Shown here one piece after another: positions 1 to 11,824 of a stretch of DNA of 64,000 bases. Within the stretch, counting starts at the first letter, position 1, and each line of letters starts with the position of its first letter. A program made the position numbers and the translations under genes. The stretch comes from Balanoglossus misakiensis (taxonomy: Eukaryota; Animalia; Hemichordata), in the NCBI GenBank assembly GCA_040954595.2, contig CM082583.2:6756849-6820848 (forward strand), in the 5' to 3' direction. The notes below the pieces were generated by a model, which made no database searches, was not told where the DNA came from, and saw nothing but the letters and a program-made list of their open reading frames with translations.

Positions 1-129
1 TTAATTGTTCTGGGCTTTGGTAACGGGACATATTATGGATATAGCATACAGTGTCTGTCTGACAAATACTTTCAACGACACAGTAATAATGCATCATTTT
101 AAATACATTATTCTGCTACCAAGATGGCT

Positions 130-2385
130 TTACAGACTCTTGTTTACTGACTTTTTTGTGGCAACGGTACACACCTTCTTGTGAGTGGGGCGATGGGCCT
201 TCTGGCAAGGTACGCTGCAGTAGCGTACCAGTTTACATGGACACTGCTTTAGTTGTTTGCTATCCGGACCTTGACAGTCCGGGTTGTGACATACCTCAGT
301 AAAATATGTGTCATGCATAACTTCCAATTGTTTTTTTGTATGCCTATCCTCAGCATCAAAGAATGCAAGACGGTTTCTTTCAGCTTTGACACCTTGCTGA
401 TAGTGATAAAAGGCAAGCTGCTTGCATTCCTTTACAACATAGCAATAAGCGAGATCATAGTGGACATAAGCATACATTCGTTCACATTGAGGGGTTACTC
501 TCAAATACTTTTTGTACAGATTAATGGCAGATTCCTTATCACCAAGATAACGTTTCTCTTCAGCAACTCCACGTAGGGCACCATTATCATCATCCACAAT
601 TCCCTCCATGGCATAAGCCTTCTGAAAACAGTCCAATGCCCGATGATGTTGATCAGTATATGAATATGTGACAGCAAGCAGCAGCTCGTAGATATGGTGT
701 AGACTTTGTCGCCTTACATCATCTTTGTCATGACTTAAATTCTCAATCTTGTGGGCTAAGATTTCATTTTCACGAATTGTATCTGAATCTGTAATGTGGG
801 TAGTCAACGGCAGTGTGCGTACAAGGAAAATATGGGACAGGTAATCCTGCTCATTGGCAGAGACTGCATTTATAGCTACCTGACGAAAGTCTGTCATTCC
901 CCTAGTACGAATGGGGATCTCAAAATTCCGACACACGGTATTCTCGGTGATGTAACCTTTTGCAACAAGATGGACACCTTCTAACTGCTTCTCTGGATCG
1001 GATTCATTTGTCAAGAGTTCGAAACCATCTTTGAAGTATTTGTGTGCCTTTAAGAACCTCATTGCTGTTGGCGAGTCAGGATACCGCAGAAACATTCCCT
1101 CTTGGTAAATTTTAAGATTTTTAAATCTGATATCTTCCTTACTTACTCTCTTCGCTTCTTCCATGATTTTTTTTATTTGCCCTAACTTGATACTTTTTGA
1201 ACATGCTTCAGAAAAAGCCTGACATAATTTGTCTCTCTCATTATTTTGTCGAAAGACAAGTTCGAAAAAATCTGACTCACCAGAATCATCAACATATTTG
1301 TGATCGCCAGCCATGCCTGAGTCATGCACCCCTCTGTTACTTGCTGGGGGAGGGGAATTTTCATTATTTGAAGCTGTATTTACACTACTGGTCGCTGTTT
1401 CTTCTTTTGGAATGTTTTTTAAGAGTCTCTTTGCTTCAGCATCACCCTTTTCTGCTGCTTTAATAAGCCAAACCTTTGCTATCTCAACATCAACCTTAGA
1501 TTTGGATTTGTCTTGAAGGAAGAGCTTTCCATACTCTCTTTCTGCATCCACAAATCCCTCTTCTGCTGCAGCTTGAAGTTGTTCGACTGCCTTGTCACGA
1601 TCTGGTGCTCCACTTAGGTTCTCGTTAGTACTGTACATTTTCCAGAGTTCAAATCTTGCCCTACCTGGTTCAACTTGTACAATGCCAAAACATTTCGAAG
1701 CATTTGAAATTAATCTCCCATACTGGAGACTTGCACTTTGATCTTCAGTAACTTCACCTGCAGCAAGTCTATACCACTTTTCAGCTTCCTCTAGATTCAC
1801 CTCTACTTGGTCACCTATGCCATATCTATAAATTCCAGCAAGGTTGAACTGAGCCGAGGGATTTCCTAATTCAGCAGCTCTCTGGTAAAGGGGGAATGCT
1901 TTCAAAGGATTTGTGGGCTGAGGGTTCCCTGGTAAATTCTCAAACAAAAGTGCAAGGTCATTTAAATCGCTGGCAAAGCAATCGCCACTTTCGACGATAT
2001 TTAGCAGTAGATGTTTTGCTTTGTACAAGTCTTTCTTCAAACCCATCTTTCCGTAAGTATAGCATAAACTGGCATAACGCATGGCATCAACGTCTCCACT
2101 GTTTGCAGCCTTTAACACCCCTTCCATGCTGCCATACTGACTGGATTTTTTCTTTAGATACTGATTAAAATAATCTTCTCCTGCACAGTTTTTCCTTTCC
2201 ATTTTGCTCTAAAAAAAAGTAAATATGTTGTGTTAGTGGGAGCTAGTTTGAGGACTTCTTTGAGTTCATTTGATCAACGCTGAATTTTCACAGTACTGAT
2301 CAAACCATGGTAGACAGTGCTAGAAGCCCACACACCCACCCACTGCCTATTTCAATTTAAGCTGTGCCGAACTTCGACTCACCAT
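130..2385 (-). CDS. SEL1-like repeat / TPR / C-terminal MYND zinc finger protein (about 693 aa); coding exons 2385-2383 (ATG only) and 2208-130
   Basis: 690-aa ORF. SEL1-type repeats (YQRAAELGNPSAQFNLAGIYRYGIG, EAEKWYRLAA, AKVWLIKAAEKGDAEA), TPR-like helices (HHRALDCFQKAY, AINLYKKYL) and a MYND pattern CHNPDC..CPCKLVRYCSVPCQKAHRPTHKKVC. Upstream GCACCATG|GTGAGT donor and T-rich AG acceptor at 2210-2209 join in frame (M-S-K-M-E-R). Confidence 0.88.
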
Positions 2386-2769
2386 GGTGCACCAGTACGA
2401 CCCTCGCTTATCCAATAAGACGTATTTCCCACACTTGTTAGGATCTCAAGACTTTAAGACAGCGTTGCCTGTTTCGTACAGCTTTCTAATCGTTCGGCGA
2501 TTGAGCAATGGCGTCGACCGTCGCACTCAATGTTAGGGACCGTCCCAATGATGTCATTTCGAGGAAAATGTGACGCATGTAGTCCGCAGAAATGTGTCAA
2601 GTGGTTTGTACGTATTGTCATTGCTATGCCACATACGCCCCCTCCCACGGACCCGGACAAGGTCCTCATAACAACCATCTGCATAGACGCGGTCGTAGGC
2701 AGTCAGTCATGTCATTTTGTGTGCTTTGAACGAACTTCAAGGCGTTCAAATGTCATGGTACACATTTAG
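2386..2769. promoter_or_regulatory. Putative bidirectional promoter and 5' leaders of the two MYND genes
   Basis: CpG-rich patch with CCAAT near 2412. It lies between the minus-strand start codon (2385) and a plus-strand donor TAG|GTGAGT at 2769/2770. Confidence 0.5.
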
Positions 2770-3891
2770 GTGAGTTATAATCAAAATTTTAAATAGTATA
2801 GGCCTAGTACCAATTCTGGACAAATTTGAAAAATCCGAAAGCTTTATATTATTAGCCTTCATGTGTGTTTTTTCCCCGCTCTGCTTTTACAAAACAAAAC
2901 AGAACACGAAGGTTGAGTTCTAGACTAATCAGCCACTGCCAGTAGGCTTATTGTACTGGTAAAATCCCTCCAATGACAGGTATACTACGATATTTTAACC
3001 AGTTCACGACGTAACATATGTGCACGATTGCCAGCGAGTACATAGTTCAACTAGTCAAAATTGTGTACGTGCCGGAGGAGTTTGGGGACAATGTAGACTA
3101 GCCCACTAGTCGCTTGGTGATTTTTGAATCTCAATACTTTTTGTGTTTGCTGTGTTTTTTTGTCTTAATATATGATAATTATTGTTATATTGTATATGCC
3201 TATTTAGCAAAAATTCGAATATATACTTAACAGTTTATATAGTGAAATGGGCCCGGAGCACGATTATTTAATGTAAAATCATTCCATACCAGTGACCAGC
3301 TAGGAGAGTGATTTGATTTATCATGTTACTAAATGTTATTACGACAACCACCCCATAAGCTTACTGGAGATCGTCAGCTCTCACGCTGAGTGGCACTGTC
3401 ACGAGTTGCGCATTTTAGTTTGTTATTAATTATTAATGAAATCTGACCTCACAGTAATGGCGTGATTATAAATTTAAATACCAAAGCATTGTTCACACTG
3501 TTCAGGGATACCTAGTCTGGTCACCATTTTTACCACATTGCTGCTCTGTACTGCACGAAAACTGTCAGGTGCGAGCTATTGTAAATATGGCTATCATTTT
3601 TGACATGGTGCTCAGGCTAGCTTCGAAGTCGGCGTTTTTGCCCAACAGAATATGAGAAAGGCTCATCTCATTGACAATCACAGGCGAAACAATACGTTGA
3701 ATTTCAATGGTCAGTCATACGGTCCTAATAGACCAAAGAAAACGTCTGAATTTATTGACACAAGCCACGGTATTATAATGTAATAGCATTTCAATCAAGC
3801 GAGTTTATATATACCACATCGTGTAATGAAATTGTTTCTCCCTAACAGATTCATCATATGTACTATTGAGTAGTGGATCACTTAATTCAAT

Positions 3892-4000
3892 ATGGCTATA
3901 CCTGGAAACAAAATAATTGTCCAGATGCCAGACACAGGCCTTAAAGAAGTGAAACCTATATTGTTGGATTTAGCAGCCAGAGAGATTGGTGATGTATCAG
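3892..4000 (+). CDS. Candidate first coding exon A of the STAND gene (MAIPGNK...IGDVS)
   Basis: Acceptor CTAACAG at 3848, in-frame upstream stop, ATG in AATATGG context, phase-1 donor CAG|GTAACA matching the phase-1 acceptor at 4698. Confidence 0.55.
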
Positions 4001-7000
4001 GTAACAATTATTTCACATGAATTACAGATGACATAATAAATGAAAAGTCATGACACTTGAGGCCCATAATACAAAAAATAGAATGCGAATTGCATTTTTC
4101 TACAAAACTTAAAACCACTTGCTGATATAAAGTTCCATGTGTGAAACTCTGGCTGTTCTACGTCACAGCATGGAGCTACGTACACCAGGCACAGACACGC
4201 GCGTACGCGCCTATATCATCAAATCTGTGATTAGGTCTACGGAACTACTTTTGCGTCTTCAGAGTGATGTAAACAAACAAAATGGCGACCGCTCACTGTA
4301 CGTCTGCCCATGGTCTGTCCGATCCGTGGGTGGGTTTTAAAGATCTGGAAATGTGAAAAAAAATGACCTCCGAATAAACATTATATTTTCGTCAACCGGT
4401 AATATAGGATGGCCGTAGCCGAGTACACGTTGAGGGCAGCTCAGTTCCGTCAGTTCCATAGTAGTTTCATAATTTTATGGGTATTTTAAAAATGTTTTCC
4501 TGTTTTTTTGTTTACTTTTTTATTTTCCGTGGCAGCGTGGCAGGGCTGTGTGTCTTTACGGCGATCGATGCCCTGCCACGCAGAGCTAAGTCAGTAAATA
4601 GACCCTAGAGAAAGGGTCTACGGTCAGTTCATGTGTCCGGCTGGCTGGTGCGACACAACATGTGGTGTTACAATTTAAAATATATTTTTTCTTTCCAGAT
4701 TTGTTGTCACCTTCCCTGGCTCTTGATCAATCAGAAAAAAGGTGGCTTGTTGTTGGTGTCTGTATGAATAAAATAATCAATCCCCTGCTGAGAGACCATG
4801 TTGATTCAAAATTAAAGAACCTCTACACTTCGTTGCAAGCTTCTCATAGTATTGACAAGCAAGATTTTCAACATCACCTGAAGAAATATCCATCTAAACA
4901 TGGCAAAATGCTTATCTATGGAAACATCAACAACAACAAGAAAAACACAACGGCATTCAATTACAATATTTGCAGCCACATCGACTTTGCCAAGTTATTT
5001 CTTCTATCGAACTTGGCAAAGTTCACAGCATTTGATGAAACTTGTGATGCATCAGCTTTGCTTGGGCTGATATCTAACATAGGAGGGAAATGCTTTGACG
5101 CCATCCTGAGGAAAGAAGCAGAGACCATGCGGTCTAAAATCCGTAATCCCTGGGCTCACTGCAATTTCGCTGACTGGGATGAGCTGAAATACATGCAAAG
5201 TTTTCAAACCATGGATTCAGTTATCCAAAATCTACAATTACCAAAGGACAAAGAGAGTGCTGCGATAACAGAATTAAGAGACTGGGAAACCAAAGGTAAG
5301 TAGCCCATCCATTATTAGTTTGACATTTCCTTTGCCATTGTCTTCTTTTTTGGTCAAAAAATCTTATCTATAAAAAATACTTGCCCAACTCTTAAATTCG
5401 AAGCGGGTGTGTGGGGATGATCTGCCAACTGCGGCTAATAACCAGGTGATATTAGGAAATACCTTAAATCTGCTTTTTTCCATCCTCTGATTGGTGATAT
5501 ACAATGCGGTAGGCCAGTAAATTGTCTCTGGAAAATATATTTCGGTCATCCTAAACAGTCTAAATCATGAAATTAATAGCTACAATACCAAACACTTTTT
5601 ATGCAACTTTGTGTTTCATTTCAGGCTTAAAAATCATTCTTGGTTCATGTACAGATGTAAAAATCTTGACAGAACTTAAAGAAGAAACTTCAGCTCTTGC
5701 AAAGTATGTTTTGACGACACAGAGCATTCAGCAGGATGAAGTCAGATCAATCACAGAGCATCTTGAAATTCTTGACAAACAAATGGAAAGGTTACAGATA
5801 AGTATACAAACTTCAGTGCAAAGACCTGAGTTGGAAGATGTTAGAAAAGATGTTAAAGACTTGTCTCTTGACCAAGAACAACTTGAGGGTGAAGTCAGGC
5901 AAATTCAAAAGCAGTTTGAAGAAGATTTTGCCAATCTGACCGAAAGAGTTGATGAAGTTTATAGAAAGCATGATAAACTCTGTGAAGAGGTTAAGACACT
6001 GAAAACAGGGCCTAACAAAAGGCTTTACGGAGAGTCTGAGACTTTCATGACTCCCAGTAGAGTTCCCCATTTCACTGGCAGAACGAGTGAGCTAAGACAG
6101 CTTAAAGACAAGTTAGCTGCAATGAATGAACATAGAATTATGTCAATATGTGGGCTTGGGGGTTGTGGGAAGACATCATTAGCAATTGAGTACTCATGGT
6201 TGTTTCAGTCATTTTATCCAGGAGGAGTATTTTGGATATCTGCAGAAAGCAATGATACATTTGCCAATTCTGTCAATCAACTCTCTCGCGAAGTCGGAAT
6301 TTCAGGGAAAGATTTCACTGAAATTTACGAACAAATTTTAAATTGGCTAGCAACACTGGAGTCGAGATGGCTTCTTGTGATGGACAATATGGACCAGTAT
6401 GAAGTTTCTGACAACATCATGAAAATGCTACAAGAACCATGGCGCAGAAATTGCAAAGGGCATTTGCTAGTAACAACACGGAGAGATGTGGTTGAGATGA
6501 CTGAGATCTGCCCTGCAGCATTGAAATCTGAAGACTGTCTCAAAATCCACTGTTTGAGCATTGATGAAAGTGTTAGCTTCATGTTTCGGCGAACAGAGAA
6601 GGGAACATTTGAAGATCAAGAGGCAGTCACCACCCTTGCAACAGAACTTGGAGGCCTCCCACTTGCACTGGAACAGGCTGCAGCATATATCAAGAGACTA
6701 AACTGTTCATTCGCAGAATACTTGGAACAGTTTCGAATTCAGCGATTGAAACTGCTGAAAAAAAGAATAACATCAGCATCAAGTATGTCTAAAGAGAGAC
6801 TAACAGTGAGTACAACATGGTCAATGAACTTTGAATATGTAGCTGAAATGTCGGAAGAAGAGGGATACGGCAATGCTGCGGCTTTCATCATGGAAGTCTC
6901 AGCATTTTTATCACCAGACGACATTCCAATACAAGCTATAAACAGTGGATCTCCTGCAGTCAGCGACAACGATGTTGAGGAAACTCTGAACTTACCACTT

Positions 7001-9751
7001 GGAAGAAAACAGATTCTGGAAATTCTGACCAGATTCTCCCTATTTCAGAGTTATGGTAAAGAAACCTACAGTGTACATAGATTAGTTCAGGAAGTAATCA
7101 GAGGCCAGCTTGATAGGGAGACTACGAGTGAGAGACTTACAACGGGGATTCGTATGCTGCACAAGGCAATCAAAGAAACACCAACTCCAACAAAGATACT
7201 ATACAGCGGCAGAAGCACTGGGACAGCAAATGACCTAAGTAGGTTACACCTTTGGGGGAAACTCGCTAGTCAAATCTGTACACTGACAGAACACATAGAG
7301 AAGTTTGTCAATGACAAAAATGCTTCTGCTGGTGATTACATCAATTTAGAAATGGCCACCATTTTGCACGAGGCTTCGATCTACCATAGTGTCAACAGGA
7401 GACATGCCAAGGCACTGGATCTTCAGAACAAGAAAACTGGAATATTGGCAGCGGTGCATGATCTGGATAACTCAATCCTGAGTGAGCTGACAACAATTAA
7501 AATACCCCTTAATATAAGAGATCAGTCCAAAATCCAGAATTCAATGAAGTCTGCAGAAGAAATAGGTCTTGGGAAGAAGACAGCTGGAATTGGAATTGGA
7601 ATATCTGAAAACAAAACCAGTGTTGATGATCTTCGCGAACATGGAAACAACTCATTCAAAGATGGAAACCTACACGACGCCATTAAGTGGTACACAAATG
7701 CAATTTGTATGAATGAAAGTGATCCACGTCTGTTCAGCAACAGAAGTTTGTGCTATCTGAAACTGAATGATCTTGAAAGAGCTTTAAAAGATGCAGATCA
7801 GAGTATTGCACTTGACAGAGGCCAATACAAACCACACGCCCGGAGAGCATATGCTCTCTATGGACTTGCAAAGCAGACGTCTCCAGGAAGTAAGAAGATA
7901 TTTCTTGAGTGTTCAGGTCATGCCGCAGCTTCAACAGCTGCAAATCTGCATCCACCCTGTAATTTAGAATACCAAATGAAAATCGATTATCCTATTCTGG
8001 TTTTTAAAGAGATAAGAAATGACAACCAATTACTTAAAGCACTTATGAGTAAATTCACACAGCCTAAAACTACCCTTCTTCTCCATCCAGGAGAGTACAG
8101 ATTTGCTCTTGCAAGTTATCAAGATGTTCAGATAGTTGGCATAAAGAAAGGTGTCACCCTGAATTGCTTTCCAGAACGTCTTACATTACCAGACGACGTT
8201 GAACCATTTAATTGTCATTTTGAAAATGTAACCTTTACGGGGGTTTCACTCCTCTTCAAATCAAAGGGTCAGACGTGTTCATTCTATGATTGTACCTTTT
8301 CTACTGGCATTCCGGCTTGTGATGACTTCCCAAATTGTTTTGGTGGTCCTGGTTGTAGAAGTCCGAGCATCTGCTCGGAGGAAAAGCCTAAGGATCTAGT
8401 GGGATACTTTAACCATTCGTTTAGGAGTAAGTTACATGGTACAGGTGGCATTCCAGGTCTACAGATTTGCTCCAGCAGTACTGCCTATGTGAACCACTGT
8501 TCATTTGACCGTTGTGGTGGAGGAGGTGTGTTAGTGGATGGCAAAGATAGCGTAGCCTATCTGCACCATTGTATTGTCAGGCGAAACAGACAAGCAGGTC
8601 TTGAAGTTCGAAATCAAGGAAGAATGTACGTAGAAAATTGTGAAATTTATGGCAATCAGCTTCATGGAATTGGTGTGGGTCCAGAAGCTGAATACTGTTA
8701 TATTAATGATAACAGAATTACTGGAAACCATAAAGAAGGCATTTGGATAAATGGGTCATCTGTTATAATATTGAACAACGACATAGGTCAGAATTATGCA
8801 GGTGGAATATCTGTTGATCATCTCAATAAAGTGGCAGTGAAAGGCAACAGGATTTATGACAATTTCCACTGGGGACTTCTCATTCAAGGAGGCTCATCAG
8901 CATTTGTTCAGGCAAATGAAATATTCAGCAACAAATGTGGAGGAATACAGATTCGTCACAATGGAACCGCAAGAGTGTTTATTGATGCCAATACTGTAAG
9001 AGCACACACTGGACCAGCATTGTACATCACACCAGATGATGAATTAGTACAACAAAACCGGCCACTGGTAACCGAACATCTTAGAAAAGATTCAAGCTTA
9101 TTTGATGGTCGGTCGTATGACATCCAGAGCGCTTTTCAAAACTCATCACCACCAATCCTGACCAACAGGAATACAATTCTTCAAAACGACATGGGACAAC
9201 AACATCCCAAGGAGAAGAGCAAGTCGTTATTCCAAGTATGTTCTTATTGTTATGGGAGGCCTTCGGGCACGGGCAAACTACTGAGATGCAGTGATTGTAA
9301 GCACGCCCATTACTGTAGTGTGAAATGCTCCAAGTTATATTGGCCAAGGCATAAAAACTTCTGTCGCTTATTGCAAGGGCACAATTTCGTCACTGTTGAA
9401 ATACCTCGTGTAATGGATAATGAGGTTTCAATTCGCTCTATCAACCCAGGACTTGAAAGTGTTGGTAATACACCTCCCCCCAAAAGGGGGGAAGTATTTA
9501 TTGTTAAAATACAAGGAGGGATTGATCTCGTGACATATAATCCAAATATCCCCGTTTGTGTCTATGACCGCAGTATGGTCATTGATTTCTTCTTTGTTCA
9601 TCCTGAGATCTATCAATTGGTAATGGAATGTGGAGTTCTGGGACAGACCATGTTTTCTTCCAAGAAAATTTTCTGCTATGCAAGTTATGCAGAAAAGGGG
9701 AGGAGTATTCGTATTCAGACAAATGTGTTGGCGCCATTCCAGAAGTGGTAG
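3892..9751 (+). CDS. NLR-like STAND NTPase: HEPN-like domain, coiled coil, NB-ARC, TPR, right-handed beta-helix, MYND finger, C-terminal domain (about 1610 aa); exons 3892-4000 (or 4282-4312), 4699-5295, 5625-9751
   Basis: Walker A GLGGCGKT, Walker B WLLVMDN, LLVTTRR, GGLPLALEQAAAYI and VHRLVQ motifs. TPR LREHGNNSF..FSNRSLCYLKL; GxxI/N-rich PbH1-like repeats; MYND CSYC..CSDC..YCSVKC..HKNFC. All junctions are phase 1 with canonical GT/AG. Confidence 0.88.
4282..4312 (+). CDS. Candidate alternative first coding exon B of the STAND gene (MATAHCTSAH)
   Basis: AAAATGGCG start (YY1-like) after a CpG-rich patch at 4140-4290; phase-1 donor G|GTCTGT (weak). Confidence 0.4.
4699..5295 (+). CDS. STAND gene exon encoding the HEPN-like domain
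   Basis: TTTCCAG acceptor, AAG|GTAAGT donor; helical domain with DASALL and RNPWAH (5142-5159). Confidence 0.85.
5625..9751 (+). CDS. STAND gene terminal 4.1-kb exon (coiled coil, NB-ARC, TPR, beta-helix, MYND)
   Basis: TTTCAG acceptor at 5624; uninterrupted ORF to TAG at 9751. Confidence 0.92.
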
Positions 9752-10101
9752 CCCTTTTGTGATAGTGGCACAGTATGGTACAAAGTGGTCGTGATACATG
9801 CTACCTCCCATTATATTGGGAGCATATGTATCAGATGTTAAGTCAGTAAGAGTAATTTTACCCATGTACGTACCCCCACATTCCTAGTTGAAAAATCCAG
9901 TACTGGTCCTTACAAAGGTTATTCGCACACCACACTTTGTATTTTTGGTACAATACACAACATTGATTGTGTGGAAACTCATACCGATCCTCCTTTGGTT
10001 TCAAACCACATCACTTGCTTTCCGCCATGGTATCGTCATTGATGTACCGAAAACACTTATTTCTATTAAGTTGCAGGTTTAAGAAAATTAGGTTCATGCT
10101 G

Positions 10102-10107
10102 AATAAA
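10102..10107 (+). terminator. Candidate polyadenylation signal of the STAND gene
   Basis: AATAAA about 350 nt after the stop codon. Confidence 0.35.
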
Positions 10108-11824
10108 GGCCACAAAATTATAATTTGGCATACCTCCTAGTCTCAACTCTCAAAAATTATGTCTACCACACGCAACCCACAAGCTCACATTCTAATATAA
10201 GGGTCCCCTGTGTATTCTTGTGTATTTAAGCTTTCCTTTTTGGATGAAATTAGAGAGTAGTTTCAGATGTGACTATAGAAAACTCTTTCGGAAATAATGT
10301 ATGTACAGTTTGTATACTTAACTTGACCAATCCAAGTATTATCAGTACTATGGGTCTTTTCTAGAAGAGATTCTACAAAAGACATGTGCCACCTATGCAA
10401 ATTTGACCATCGTTACCATGAACAATTCCAGTGTAGCCACTCACAAATTTTCAGTGGGTGCCCTTTTACCTTTAATTGAAGAAACATGCCTACTTTGCTG
10501 AGGGATTTGTCGACTTTCAAAAATCAAGTTATATTTGACGAAGAATTAGTAATTCAATTTCTTAAACCGTTGTATGTTTTATCCCATAGGTCATATTTTC
10601 CTTTTGGATAAGTTTAATACACACCACAGTTTGAGAATTGTATGATTTTACTTCAACATGCTCTTATAGTTTATGAGAATGTTAATTCATGAAACTAGTA
10701 AGATTAATTAAAACCCATATCTGTTGACTTGGATATTACTATAGTTTCTGTTTCTTTATTCAAAATCGGGCCAACATGTTTCCAATCCCCACAACCCATT
10801 TTCTTTCGTTTCTTGCCATCACAAGCTTTTAAATTTTATCGACAACAATATAGGCCTAGGCCTGATTGGGCCTAGCTGTGCTGAGCCAAATTAATTTCGA
10901 TTTGACGAGTTTTTGGAGGGGGGGGGGCTAGAGAATGTATATTTATTTATAACAGTTTTATATGTATACATGCCAACATTTTGTTTAAAAGGGTATTTTT
11001 GACGGCCGAATTTTCACCAGTTCCGATCAAGTTTTATATAGGTTGGAGGGGGTATGAATGCACTGACAAATTCTGACATTTAAGAAACATTTGCAAAAAC
11101 ACTAGAGATCCCTTGCGGTTCGTCATTGCTTTTGGTTATTCAGTTATGATTTTCTTCTTGAAATTAATCTCATACCACTTGAGTCCGTGGCATATACTTT
11201 CATTGACTAGTGCGCCCTGAACTTGTCCATTTTATGCCACGCGTTCCGCTACCACGTGTTGAACAACTGGTCGCCAGAGGGCGTAACACCAACTCCCCCA
11301 AATTTCCCCCTCATCTAAACGACTTTCTACGTACGGTTCCCTCACAATTGACTAATAATATAGTCTAAACATACGCTGCCAGTGTACGACATGTGCTGCC
11401 TGAAGTGCTTGCGTGCCGGAAAGGTAATAAACATGTAATTGCGTCAACGTAGCGTTAGCTGAGTAGATGTAGTACTACAGTAGTAGCAGACGAACTGGAA
11501 GCTTATCAGGTTGAGTGGTTATTGGTATAGGCAGCTCGATACATTTCATTGGTCACTTTGAAGTGCTGGGGGATTTTTACGATATAGTGTCGATGTCGTA
11601 GGTAGTTGTCCGGGTCCTACGCGTACAAACCTGCAACATGCAGACGGAGAAGATTATGTGGTCGTCGAACGACCAAATTGCAGTGTGCCGAATCTATGAT
11701 TGATGGATTCTGAAGGACCTGGAAATCAGTGCCCGCCATGGAAAGTTTACAACTGGAGGCTTAGCTTAATGAGTCAGAGTGTTACTTGCAAGTACAATGG
11801 AAAGGAATCCCTGATCGATGCAAA

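Noticed and set aside
4662-5303. 213-aa ORF as a separate gene from 5567-9751
   Set aside because: Both ORF starts are intronic read-through; consensus splice sites join them in frame.
130-10500. MYND gene pair as cargo of a large transposon or endogenous virus
   Set aside because: No transposase, integrase, capsid, polymerase or terminal repeats visible; the left boundary is outside the window.
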